Sequence record: NC_019524.2
From: Hafnia phage Enc34
Length of the DNA stretch: 60,496 bases
Direction: 5' to 3' (one strand)
Positions 50,178 to 59,156 of this stretch are shown piece by piece (position 1 is the stretch's first letter; every line of letters begins with the position of its first letter). A program made the position numbers and the translations under genes. The notes under the pieces are model-generated. The model worked only from the letters and a program-made list of their open reading frames with translations. It ran no database searches and was not told where the DNA came from.

Positions 50178-50444
50178 CTAGCGTGCCTCTGTATTTCCGG
50201 TTGCTGCCACGGTACCGTAGTCTGCCTGACGCATGACGCGGGTACCCATTTTCCCGTAGATCTGGTCTTCCAAGACGAACCGAATTGATAAGCGGATATT
50301 GAGTTTATACCCAAGGCGGCGGACGTACTTTAAGTCGCTAGGCTTGACACCTTCGATAAAGAACGACTCGCCTACCTTCATTTCTGACATCAGCTTTTCA
50401 TGCTTGGCCTTGTAATCCTCAGTCGTTGGGGTTGCCATCATCAC
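50178..50444 (-). CDS. hypothetical protein
   Basis: 88 aa. Confidence 0.4.
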   Translation of the reverse strand: MMMATPTTEDYKAKHEKLMSEMKVGESFFIEGVKPSDLKYVRRLGYKLNIRLSIRFVLEDQIYGKMGTRVMRQADYGTVAATGNTEAR

Positions 50445-51508
50445 ACCTCGTCATCTTCTTCGAGTGAGCCAGTGATCTCCGCCAGCATACTCACATCGTT
50501 AAAGCGGGCCATAAGCGCGGATAGGCTCTTATCCATCATGAACAGGTTAGCCATAAGCGTGAGGAAACTCGCCCCGTCGTTCTGGTAGTTCTCAAGCGTG
50601 GCATCATAGTTAGCGTCGACGTCCGCATCACCGATGTGGATACCCGTCAGGATGGCTTTGTCTGTCAGGCGGAAGAACATGTTTTCCAGACCTGCAGTCT
50701 TCAATGCGACCGCCATATCCAACGCACGCGGTGTATAGGACTGCGAGATCAGCTCATCGACATGTTCGTTCCCTAAGATGGCGACGTCTTTAAATTTAAC
50801 GTCCTCGCCGTCGTCATGCTTCATGTGAACGAAGTCAGTCGCGTTAAACTCATTGTGCTCACGGCGGATAACCTGACGCATGAACAGGCGCAGTGAATAC
50901 TCATCAATCAGCGCATGTTCGACCGGGAAGGTGCCGAATGCTTTACGGATCAGCGCGGTGCAGTTCTCGCCAACCTTGGCGCTTGAGGTGAACACATAGA
51001 CATACGGCATTGAGATTAACACCGGGATGCGGTTCGGGCGGATAGGCGCGAATTTCAGCATTTCCGCTTCGACTTCTTCTTTCAGTTGCGCCCAATCTTT
51101 GCGGGTCGGCGTCCATCCATCCACTTCTTTCGCGATTAGCTTTTCCATGCGCTTAGTCACGGCGTTGCGTACCGATACGCCCGGCAGCACACGTTCACGC
51201 TTCTCAATCTGGATCAGGAAAGCGGTGGTGCCCGGCACCTGCAGACAGAATGAATTGTTTAACTCATCGCCGTTCGCCACAAATCCCATGGTGCTGTAAC
51301 ACGCTTCCGGTGGGTCGCTCACTTCTAGCTCGGACAGCGCATTAGATAGGGTGGTGCTGGCAAACTTAAACGCCGCTTCTTCTGACATGTTCGGGGAGTT
51401 GAGCAGCATACGCAGCAGCGGAGTTATAGTCTCTTCGCCATCGTTGGCCTTGTCGTACAGTGATCCCAAGTGCAGCGGGATTAGCTTTTCAAAGTTTTTT
51501 ACTTTCAT
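50441..51508 (-). CDS. RdgC-like recombination-associated protein
   Basis: Collinear similarity to RdgC (KRERVLPGVSVRNAVTKRMEKL, SSAKVGENCTALIRKAFGTFPV). Ends EEDDEV. Confidence 0.55.
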   Translation of the reverse strand: MKVKNFEKLIPLHLGSLYDKANDGEETITPLLRMLLNSPNMSEEAAFKFASTTLSNALSELEVSDPPEACYSTMGFVANGDELNNSFCLQVPGTTAFLIQIEKRERVLPGVSVRNAVTKRMEKLIAKEVDGWTPTRKDWAQLKEEVEAEMLKFAPIRPNRIPVLISMPYVYVFTSSAKVGENCTALIRKAFGTFPVEHALIDEYSLRLFMRQVIRREHNEFNATDFVHMKHDDGEDVKFKDVAILGNEHVDELISQSYTPRALDMAVALKTAGLENMFFRLTDKAILTGIHIGDADVDANYDATLENYQNDGASFLTLMANLFMMDKSLSALMARFNDVSMLAEITGSLEEDDEV

Positions 51509-51860
51509 TGCGGATTGCCTCAATGTTGATTAGGTCAGTTAGGTGGCCTTTGAACTGGCTAAGGCTCACATGGATAAGGGCACAGCGGATGTTCTCACGC
51601 GCGGCCTGAATGGATGCCAACGTCTGCGCTTGATTGCGGCTCAACGCGTCGTACTTCCCGGTGAGATCTTCGGTTGGGTCGATTTGCTCTGCCATACGCG
51701 GCATTAAATCGTTGAACGCGGCTTCGTAGTAGTCGGTTGCATCCTTTTCCAAATCGTTTAGCCATGCTTCCAGTGCCGTAAACTTCGACAAGCCTTGATC
51801 TAAACGTACATAGCGCAGTTCGCGGTTCTCTGCGTCGAGTGTAGATATGCGCTTGGTCAT
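51489..51860 (-). CDS. hypothetical coiled-coil protein
   Basis: 123 aa. Confidence 0.4.
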   Translation of the reverse strand: MTKRISTLDAENRELRYVRLDQGLSKFTALEAWLNDLEKDATDYYEAAFNDLMPRMAEQIDPTEDLTGKYDALSRNQAQTLASIQAARENIRCALIHVSLSQFKGHLTDLINIEAIRNESKKL

Positions 51861-52204
51861 TGAACGCCCCCTGATACTTCGCGAACAAATTTAGCAACTT
51901 CTTCGCATGGCATGTTAGTTGAAGCCCACATAAGGAAATTAAACGCGAAAGATCGCTGTGCGCTGCATTGGTCTTTGCCGAGGGCTTGCGTCGTGCCGAT
52001 GGCCTTATCCACATCACCTGCTTCATAATGGACTTTCCCCATTCCGTATGTTGAACGTACCTTGATCCCGGTGTGCGTCAGGCGAATAGTCACGTTGTAC
52101 GCACGCTCAATGTGGTGGAATGCAGTCACCGCATCTACCGGGTCTTTACCGTGGATCAGGTTGTTGACTAACAGGGCATTAAGCGTTGGTTGGGTCTTTA
52201 ACAT
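51857..52204 (-). CDS. hypothetical protein
   Basis: 115 aa, coupled to its neighbours. Confidence 0.4.
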   Translation of the reverse strand: MLKTQPTLNALLVNNLIHGKDPVDAVTAFHHIERAYNVTIRLTHTGIKVRSTYGMGKVHYEAGDVDKAIGTTQALGKDQCSAQRSFAFNFLMWASTNMPCEEVAKFVREVSGGVQ

Positions 52205-52631
52205 TTAAAGGTTCCTCCGTCAGCGTGTACTCAATCAGGCCGACTTTATTTGCGTTAATGGTAACTTGGGGCGCGTCTTCGCGCAGGATGCGGTCAGTGG
52301 TTATGACAGCGGTTTTCAGGCCATTCTCATACATCAGGTTAGCGATGCAGGTAACGGCAAACTGTTCGACAAACGATTCATGGCGTGCATCGCTCATGTC
52401 CAACAGCAAGGCCAGTTCAGCGGAGCGATCCGGGATGTCAAAGGCTTCACGCAGCCCGGCGATGAGTGCTACCGCATCTTCTTTGGTTATGTGTTTCAGT
52501 TCACCGACGACATCATCATCAGCTTCAATGCTCACCACAGCGGTTCGGGATTTAGCGTTATAGTAGATAAGCCCTGAACGGTCGTAGCCGCCGATACTGC
52601 TTAGGGTCATAGGGTGTTCTGTGTTTTTCAT
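52179..52631 (-). CDS. hypothetical protein
   Basis: 150 aa. Confidence 0.4.
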   Translation of the reverse strand: MKNTEHPMTLSSIGGYDRSGLIYYNAKSRTAVVSIEADDDVVGELKHITKEDAVALIAGLREAFDIPDRSAELALLLDMSDARHESFVEQFAVTCIANLMYENGLKTAVITTDRILREDAPQVTINANKVGLIEYTLTEEPLNVKDPTNA

Positions 52632-52708
52632 GTGCTCAAATCCTATGGATAGGGTGGTAGGGGTGAAAAGGGTGGTACGCCCAAAAACGGGCGTGCCGTC
52701 CTACAGAT

Positions 52709-53092
52709 TTACACTTCGTCGTCGTCGTCCACGCCAGCTTCAAGGCATGTGACCACAACCTGAATGAACATACGGCCTGACGGGTAGGTGATCAGCGCGG
52801 ACTCCATGCTGAACTTCTGCCCATGGTGGCGCATGGCATTGCGGATGGATGAGTTAAGGCTGGAACGGATCTTGGACTTCAAACCATTGGCATCGGCCTG
52901 TGCCTGCGCAAGTGTGACGTCGCCTGCCATCTCAAGTGATAGCGTGTACACTTCGCCCGGCTTCAACGCGATGAGGTTCCCGGCTACGCTGTGTGGGCGG
53001 ACGCGTGATGGCAGTTCAACGTCAGACTCGCACGTCATCATTGCTGCCGTAAGGTTGTCAGGGTATGGCTGATTGGTAGTCTTTGTAGTCAT
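52709..53092 (-). CDS. small protein ending DDDDEV (first gene of the leftward early operon)
   Basis: ATG at 53092 with an AGGAG RBS, directly downstream of the 53137 promoter. Confidence 0.5.
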   Translation of the reverse strand: MTTKTTNQPYPDNLTAAMMTCESDVELPSRVRPHSVAGNLIALKPGEVYTLSLEMAGDVTLAQAQADANGLKSKIRSSLNSSIRNAMRHHGQKFSMESALITYPSGRMFIQVVVTCLEAGVDDDDEV

Positions 53093-53136
53093 CTGGATGG
53101 CTCCTGCATTCGGTATATCTCGCATGTAATTGGCAA

Positions 53137-53165
53137 ACAATAGTGCTACATGCCGCGTATGTCAA
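53137..53165 (-). promoter_or_regulatory. conserved-spacer sigma70-like promoter (leftward)
   Basis: Minus-strand TTGACA-TACGCGGCATGTAGCAC-TATTGT. Confidence 0.55.
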
Positions 53166-53244
53166 ACTCTTTCAATTATACTCGGCTAACCTCACCAGAT
53201 TTCTTTTCCTTTATTGCCTACGCCAATCCAATCGGTATTTCGCG

Positions 53245-53440
53245 AACGACGACCTGTCAGGTTTTTCAAGTAAGCCGTGGGAAAACGACGACCTGTCAGG
53301 TTTTTGAAGTAAGCGAACGACGACCTGTCAGGTTTTTCAAGTAAGACCCGATGACCGAACCGACGACCTGCTAGGTTTTTCAAGTAAGCCGTGGGATCGG
53401 CGTTCAAAAATTTTCGACCTGCTAGGTTTTTCAAGTAAGC
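53245..53440. repeat. array of five direct repeats (iterons) of about 30 bp, CGACCTG(TC/CT)AGGTTTTT(C/G)AAGTAAGC
   Basis: Copies at about 53245, 53283, 53315, 53359 and 53411, separated by spacers of 0 to 21 bp. They lie in the 640-bp non-coding region between the divergent early promoters. Confidence 0.7.
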
Positions 53441-53752
53441 CGCGCGGGGGGTTTTTCGTTGGGGTCTGGCCTGAAATTTTTGTAGAGAGCGACGAAAATC
53501 ACGCTGAAACACGGGTTTGACGTGCTACAAGGCGAAAATCGTTATATTTCAACACTTTAAGCCACTATAGGCGGTACCAAATCGGGGTTCACTCGAAATT
53601 TTTATAGAGAATTCAATGGTTTAAGCGGGCGGCGATGACCAGGATCACGGGGCGGGATTTTGTAATGTCTTTATATATATCAACGCGTTACCCGATTTGC
53701 TTGTTTTGCGTATAGATGAAGGGGGGTTATGTTGCGGGCCTTGAAAATATGT

Positions 53753-53781
53753 TTGACATACGCGGCGTGTGTTTCTATTCT
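53753..53781 (+). promoter_or_regulatory. conserved-spacer sigma70-like promoter (rightward)
   Basis: TTGACA-TACGCGGCGTGTGTTTC-TATTCT, upstream of the 53830 operon. Confidence 0.55.
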
Positions 53782-53829
53782 GTAGTTCAGCTTCACTACT
53801 TTAAACAACTAAACACGGGATAACACACC

Positions 53830-54981
53830 ATGACAAAGACTAACTTTTTAAACCTGCTTTCCTCTCTGCGCAGTGGCGGCGCTAAAACCTTCACGCTGAC
53901 TGTAGACGGCAACGCGGTTAACATGTTGGCGGACGGTGAACCAATCGCGGATCGTATCTATCGCGGGGCAAACGTGGCGCGGGAACACGACCGCATGAAA
54001 CGCTGGTTAGGTGTATGGATGTATGAGAACCCGATCCCTGTTATCAAAACAACGGATCAGGAAATGACCGCAATCAAAGCGGCGGACGCAAAAACGGCGG
54101 ACGTGTTAACGGTTGGTTTCCGTTATTATCGTTTCGATACCAGCTATGACGACGAATCCCGCGCCTATCAGGATTTATGCGCGGATGTTCGCCAGCGCAA
54201 CGGCGGATCATATATTGCCCGCCAGACGTTAGGATCATGGAATCCGTCAAAAGAGTCACAAGCGTTTCATTCTGCGTTGCAGGTTTACGGGCTGAATAAT
54301 ACGACGATTGATATTGATACAACGCATCTATTTAAAGACCAATTTAACACGCCGAAAGGGGTTGTTACTGCTAACGGTATCCGCGTTTATTTGTGGGCTG
54401 AATATTCATACCCTAACGCGGCGATTAAAGAAGGTTATTTTTTAATAGATGATCAGAACATTCTAAAAAATCGCTTGGCTACTACATATAATTGCGGTTA
54501 TTGCGGCGCTCAATATCCAGAAGCGAAAGCGGCGGCGCTTAATTATTGCTGTGATTCATGTATTTCTAGCCCGCTATTAAAGCTAGACCATCTTCACATG
54601 CTTAAATTAATCCCGATGATCGACGGGAATAAAAAACGCGCTTTCGATGCTGATCAGTTGGCGCAAGTTAAAGACGCGGTTATTAGTGCGCAACTTCAAG
54701 CCACACAAAAGCGGGCGGCGGCGTACTTCCCTAAAAAACTTGAAGAGTTAAAGGCCAACCATGAGAAAGCGCTTAAACATTTAAACCATGAATTTAACGC
54801 TATGCAATGGTTGTTAAATCACAATATCAGTATTGAGGACGTAATTTATTACAACCATAGAAATCTGCTTTCGTTCGGGTGGCGCGGTGATGGCATGGAA
54901 CCGGAAAAGGCGGAAAAGTTAAAAGCGCTTTTAAACGGTTTTCCTTTTGAGTATGAGATTGTTACTAAGGGAGCAAAATAA
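53830..54981 (+). CDS. hypothetical 383-aa early protein with a Cys cluster
   Basis: CGYCG...CCDSC pattern. First gene of the AT-richer rightward block. Confidence 0.5.
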   Translation: MTKTNFLNLLSSLRSGGAKTFTLTVDGNAVNMLADGEPIADRIYRGANVAREHDRMKRWLGVWMYENPIPVIKTTDQEMTAIKAADAKTADVLTVGFRYYRFDTSYDDESRAYQDLCADVRQRNGGSYIARQTLGSWNPSKESQAFHSALQVYGLNNTTIDIDTTHLFKDQFNTPKGVVTANGIRVYLWAEYSYPNAAIKEGYFLIDDQNILKNRLATTYNCGYCGAQYPEAKAAALNYCCDSCISSPLLKLDHLHMLKLIPMIDGNKKRAFDADQLAQVKDAVISAQLQATQKRAAAYFPKKLEELKANHEKALKHLNHEFNAMQWLLNHNISIEDVIYYNHRNLLSFGWRGDGMEPEKAEKLKALLNGFPFEYEIVTKGAK

Positions 54982-55301
54982 TGACTGTTAAATATATTTC
55001 TCATGGCACTTGTCATTTTGTATCACTGGCGGCGGCGGTGCGTTATTACGGCACAAAAGAAACCGTTAATCATAAAATCAGTGAGGGGGAGATCCGCGTG
55101 GGGTACCCTGATGTTAAAGAAGGCGATAAGGTATCTATTAATGATGAAGGCCGCTATTTTATCAAGCGCCTTGATCCTAGCAGTGTAAAACATTACGACA
55201 CGTTTGATCAGGCAATGGAAGCTAACCCTAACGGGATTTTCACCGCTACCATTATCCGCCAGATGATCCGCCGTGGCGAAATTGTAATTAAATCGGCTTA
55301 A
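54981..55301 (+). CDS. hypothetical protein
   Basis: TAATG coupling to the upstream gene. Confidence 0.45.
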   Translation: MTVKYISHGTCHFVSLAAAVRYYGTKETVNHKISEGEIRVGYPDVKEGDKVSINDEGRYFIKRLDPSSVKHYDTFDQAMEANPNGIFTATIIRQMIRRGEIVIKSA

Positions 55302-55316
55302 ACTAGGGCGCACACC

Positions 55317-55520
55317 ATGCTTTATTTAATAATGTTTATCGGTTATTCAATAATTGCGGTTTATATCGCGCATGATGTGCGCCACGTTTTAAACCGCTGC
55401 AAAGTGGAGCGCCGTTATTCTTTTGGAAAGCGTGTTATTTATCTGCGCGAAAAGAAAACAGGCCGCTTGATTGGTTGCTCCAATAATTTTTTCACTCTTT
55501 TATTACAAGGTACTAAATAA
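55317..55520 (+). CDS. small membrane protein
   Basis: N-terminal hydrophobic helix. Confidence 0.4.
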   Translation: MLYLIMFIGYSIIAVYIAHDVRHVLNRCKVERRYSFGKRVIYLREKKTGRLIGCSNNFFTLLLQGTK

Positions 55521-55987
55521 TGACTCTCTCAATTAATAAAGAACGCGCTTTATATTTCAATAACGGATCATGCATTGGCTTTACTTATGCTGATAGCCGC
55601 GCCCGTGCCGTTTTAGAATGGTTAAAGTCTCAAGGCCGATCCGCTGAAATGCTTTTAGGTGCGAACGGTGTAGACCTGCAATCGCTATCCGTTCCCGCTC
55701 GTATGGGTACCAAAAAGCATTATGCAGCGTGTGACGCGATCATGCGTGCGGGGCTTATGTTCGCATCACATAGCGGGGAAGTATGCAACGCAGATCTAAC
55801 GCCGCAATTAATCGGCCTTGAAGGTAAACGGGTTCGGGTCATTGATTCATACGGGGCGGATCGCCGTTTCACGGTTGGTAAATCTTGCGGGTGGCTGCCT
55901 TGCCACCTTGAGATGGGTTTGCGTACCAGTAAAGGCGGGATCGCGGTTTGCGGCGCCCCATTCAAATCAATTGAGGTGATCGGCTAA
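55520..55987 (+). CDS. hypothetical protein
   Basis: 155 aa, coupled to its neighbours. Confidence 0.45.
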   Translation: MTLSINKERALYFNNGSCIGFTYADSRARAVLEWLKSQGRSAEMLLGANGVDLQSLSVPARMGTKKHYAACDAIMRAGLMFASHSGEVCNADLTPQLIGLEGKRVRVIDSYGADRRFTVGKSCGWLPCHLEMGLRTSKGGIAVCGAPFKSIEVIG

Positions 55988-56172
55988 TGGCTAGTAAAAC
56001 TTATGGCGTGGTTGGCAGTAATTCCGGTTACGTAGACACAAGCCGCACGTTAAAAGGCGCTAAACAACACGCCACGCGCAACGGTTACACGGCGGTTTAT
56101 TGTCGACCAAATAACGGCTATCACGTTTATCAGGTGGCGCGTCGTATTAACGGTAAATGGATTAATTTATAA
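55987..56172 (+). CDS. hypothetical small protein
   Basis: 61 aa, basic. Confidence 0.35.
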   Translation: MASKTYGVVGSNSGYVDTSRTLKGAKQHATRNGYTAVYCRPNNGYHVYQVARRINGKWINL

Positions 56173-56183
56173 GGGGTAGTCTT

Positions 56184-56531
56184 ATGTCTAAATATATCGC
56201 TTTATCTAACATCCTTAAATCGGCAAACGTCGCACACCTTGAAACTGATCGTTATACCGTGGACGTTAACGGCTATCGAGGGGCGGACGGTTGGATCGTG
56301 TTCCAATTGGCTAACGGTGATGTATTACGCCGCCGTGCCAATTTTGATGCTACTTGCGGGCAATCCTGCTTTTATTGGGTACGCGTGGCGGGCGTTCTCT
56401 ATCTGGTTGACTACCTGATCGACGCCACCAGCTTTACGCCTGCTGAATGGTCATCTATAGATCAGGCTGAGTTTTTCAAAACAGGCCGTAAAGTGATAAG
56501 CGTAGAGGGGGCGGATCATGCTACCGCTTAA
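56184..56531 (+). CDS. hypothetical protein
   Basis: 115 aa. Confidence 0.4.
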   Translation: MSKYIALSNILKSANVAHLETDRYTVDVNGYRGADGWIVFQLANGDVLRRRANFDATCGQSCFYWVRVAGVLYLVDYLIDATSFTPAEWSSIDQAEFFKTGRKVISVEGADHATA

Positions 56532-56919
56532 ACTTTTCTGTGAGTATGCCGCCGCGCTTGTGGATGGCATGATCTCACACCGTCCAGATGTAAGCACTAC
56601 ATACGACGACGGCAACGGATCAGCGGCTGGGGATGTTTTGGCGCTTATCCTCACGCCTGCTTTTGTTGTTGAGTTTGAGGACTTGATCAGCGATTGCGTC
56701 CTAGAAGTGCCAAAGGTTGAAATATTATTCCATCTAGGCGGGGCTGTGGTCGATTCCGTGGATTGCGTGGGTTGTTGTTGGACTATGCCAACGCCGGATC
56801 AGATTGCTTTATGGTCGATTCCTGTTTTAACCGAATACACGACCGCCACGGCGGATCGCATCACACGCTTTAATAAAAACGTTATGGGGTCATCATATGT
56901 CGAAAAAGCTAACCAGTGA
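56518..56919 (+). CDS. hypothetical protein
   Basis: 133 aa. Confidence 0.4.
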   Translation: MLPLKLFCEYAAALVDGMISHRPDVSTTYDDGNGSAAGDVLALILTPAFVVEFEDLISDCVLEVPKVEILFHLGGAVVDSVDCVGCCWTMPTPDQIALWSIPVLTEYTTATADRITRFNKNVMGSSYVEKANQ

Positions 56920-57112
56920 GGCGGCAACGGGCGCGGCTAAATTCCTAGCGTGTGGCGTGGTCATAGGTGTAATCGCGGTGTGTATCGCTTGCGGTGATGA
57001 CCTCACGCCGTATAAAGCCTTTCTCTACACCGTAGCGGGCGGCGTATGTATAACGATGTTATGGCCTACTCAAGATCAAGGCGATGCGCTGATCGAATAC
57101 TCAAAGAAATAA
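56897..57112 (+). CDS. small membrane protein
   Basis: Two hydrophobic segments. Confidence 0.4.
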   Translation: MSKKLTSEAATGAAKFLACGVVIGVIAVCIACGDDLTPYKAFLYTVAGGVCITMLWPTQDQGDALIEYSKK

Positions 57113-57130
57113 CCCACACCGCCAGACGAT

Positions 57131-57157
57131 AACGCCCCTTTAATGGGGCTTTTTGCG
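57131..57157 (+). terminator. rho-independent terminator
   Basis: AACGCCCC tttaat GGGGC followed by TTTTT. Confidence 0.6.
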
Positions 57158-57175
57158 TTATCCTGTAAAACATGT

Positions 57176-57204
57176 TTGACACACGCGGCATGTACTATTA
57201 CTCT
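57176..57204 (+). promoter_or_regulatory. conserved-spacer sigma70-like promoter (rightward)
   Basis: TTGACA-CACGCGGCATGTACTAT-TACTCT. Confidence 0.5.
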
Positions 57205-57253
57205 ATAGATCAGCTTCAATTATTTAAACTAACTAACCACGGGGTAACGCATC

Positions 57254-57916
57254 ATGGAACTACTCGCAATCAAAGAAATGTTAGCCGCTTATGAGTTAAA
57301 AGACGGCATCACGGCAACGATCACGACTTGCCCGCGCTACGGTTCACACACCGTTACTTTGCGCCGCGCGGATGGTCAATTGATTAGCCGTTATCCTGAT
57401 TATCAAGATGATTTCGAATTTTGCTTAAATCAGGATCTTAAATTCTACGGTGTGAAAGTTGCGCCCGTTGCCGTGGATATTCCCGCCACTACCGAAAAAT
57501 TAAAAGTTGGCCTAATGCGTTGTGATTTCGCAACGGATCGCGCCTATCGCGTGTATAAATGCGCGGTTAAAGTTTATTTAATCCGCACTTTGTGGCGTTT
57601 CCGTTGTGACCCTAAGATCCGCCGCGCTATTCGTTCTCATGTTATCCGCTTGCGTGATCATCGTATCGGCTTATTACAGGCTAAAAAAGCATTGGACGAA
57701 AGCGCCGCAAAAATGGCTCAGGATTTTATTAATACGCCTGTTAAATCGCCCGTAGTAGCGACATGTTTAAATAAACGCGGGGATAAGGTTTATTTAACGG
57801 CGGCGGGCTTTTGGCATCACGACATAAAAGAAGCAATGGTATTCACTGCTATACCGTCATTTAGTGATCCAATGTCTTTTTATAACACCTTAATCACATA
57901 TGAGGATGTTAAATAA
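57254..57916 (+). CDS. hypothetical 220-aa protein
   Basis: First gene after the 57176 promoter. Confidence 0.45.
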   Translation: MELLAIKEMLAAYELKDGITATITTCPRYGSHTVTLRRADGQLISRYPDYQDDFEFCLNQDLKFYGVKVAPVAVDIPATTEKLKVGLMRCDFATDRAYRVYKCAVKVYLIRTLWRFRCDPKIRRAIRSHVIRLRDHRIGLLQAKKALDESAAKMAQDFINTPVKSPVVATCLNKRGDKVYLTAAGFWHHDIKEAMVFTAIPSFSDPMSFYNTLITYEDVK

Positions 57917-58098
57917 TGGTCGTTAAAATTACCACTAACGGCGGTATGACGCTTCAAGCTAACAGCGCGGCGGTTCGGGTTATTAACGGGCGCTTTGAGG
58001 CATCATGGCTAATGCGCATTAACTTAATCGAAAATAAATTCTATTTCTTATCGGTTAACCCTGAAATGATTAAAACGGTTGAATACATCAATGGATAA
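57916..58098 (+). CDS. hypothetical small protein
   Basis: 60 aa, coupled. Confidence 0.35.
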   Translation: MVVKITTNGGMTLQANSAAVRVINGRFEASWLMRINLIENKFYFLSVNPEMIKTVEYING

Positions 58099-58351
58099 TA
58101 AAAAACTGGCAAAACAGGCCGCTATTGAGTTGGCAGCACAAAAGGCGCGGGGCGTTGCCCGTGCTCACGGCTTCAAGCCATCACGCCGCGCTAGTGGTGA
58201 ACCTTTTTACACTCGCAAAGATGCCGATATTTATCATCGTGGCGGCTTCTGGCATTTCGAAAGTTTCTTATTCTGTGAAGGTGAACGCGGCGCGATCGTA
58301 CAACGCAAAAAACACGCTGATTTAGTCGTTTTATTACGCTCAATTATTTAA
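58079..58351 (+). CDS. hypothetical protein
   Basis: 90 aa. Confidence 0.4.
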   Translation: MNTSMDNKKLAKQAAIELAAQKARGVARAHGFKPSRRASGEPFYTRKDADIYHRGGFWHFESFLFCEGERGAIVQRKKHADLVVLLRSII

Positions 58352-58360
58352 GGCGGATTT

Positions 58361-58699
58361 ATGGCGAACAAAATTGATATTAATAAACTGGTAACGGTTA
58401 AAACGGTAATTATCTCAAATCTTCACATTAACGGTGTGGATGACGGGGAAGTATTATCTAAACATCAATACTATGAATTCGAAAACGGTTCTCATGGTAT
58501 GTATTGGATTAATGGCACGGCGGGCGGTTGGATCATCCGCGTTCATGCGTGCCCGTGCTTTGTGGATGAGTTGAAACGCATAGGGTTAGCAGAAACCACA
58601 ATAGACAATATAAAGGCGCTGGCGGCGCTAGGGTTCGACGCGATTCAATTTGATTGTGATGGCGATGAAGTAGACGGTTTACACGGCACGGAATGGTGA
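58361..58699 (+). CDS. hypothetical protein
   Basis: 112 aa. Confidence 0.4.
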   Translation: MANKIDINKLVTVKTVIISNLHINGVDDGEVLSKHQYYEFENGSHGMYWINGTAGGWIIRVHACPCFVDELKRIGLAETTIDNIKALAALGFDAIQFDCDGDEVDGLHGTEW

Positions 58700-58708
58700 G
58701 GGGTATTT

Positions 58709-58897
58709 ATGTTCGCATGGTTTTTAGTGATGACGATTTGCACGGCTGGCGGTGATGCCTGCAATGATTACGTGATAGACGGCGGCTTATCATTCCGCGA
58801 TTGCCAGACGCAAGCGCTGACCGTGGCGGAAAAGGCGGATATGTTTTCCCTACGTTGCGACAAGGGCGAAATTAAAAGGGGTGATCATGAAAATTAA
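58709..58897 (+). CDS. hypothetical small Cys-containing protein
   Basis: 62 aa. Confidence 0.35.
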   Translation: MFAWFLVMTICTAGGDACNDYVIDGGLSFRDCQTQALTVAEKADMFSLRCDKGEIKRGDHEN

Positions 58898-59156
58898 GAA
58901 GGTCATAAAATACCAATACGGCGGCGTGTTGTACGATTCCGAAAAGAAAGCGATGGCAGCAAACGAGAACGATATAAACACGTTTATCAATCGCATGATT
59001 AGCAAGATTAACAGCACCGCAAAGAATGCTAATCAATACATGCCAGCGCGTGCCGAAATTGAGATAACCCAATACATTCTAGATCGCCGCGATATGCTGG
59101 CGGGTATGTTAACGCTAGATCTAGATTATCCGAATGATGGGGAAGATCATGAATAA
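58881..59156 (+). CDS. hypothetical protein
   Basis: 91 aa. Confidence 0.4.
   Translation: MIMKIKKVIKYQYGGVLYDSEKKAMAANENDINTFINRMISKINSTAKNANQYMPARAEIEITQYILDRRDMLAGMLTLDLDYPNDGEDHE

Noticed and set aside
53245-53440. Possible CRISPR array (five 30-bp direct repeats)
   Set aside because: Spacers are only 0-21 bp and irregular, there are no cas genes, and the repeats sit between divergent promoters. An iteron or operator array explains them better.
53192-53512. Minus-strand ORF (106 aa) spanning the repeat array
   Set aside because: Its translation is just the repeat read in frame (YLKNLAGR.. repeated). It is an artefact of the iterons.
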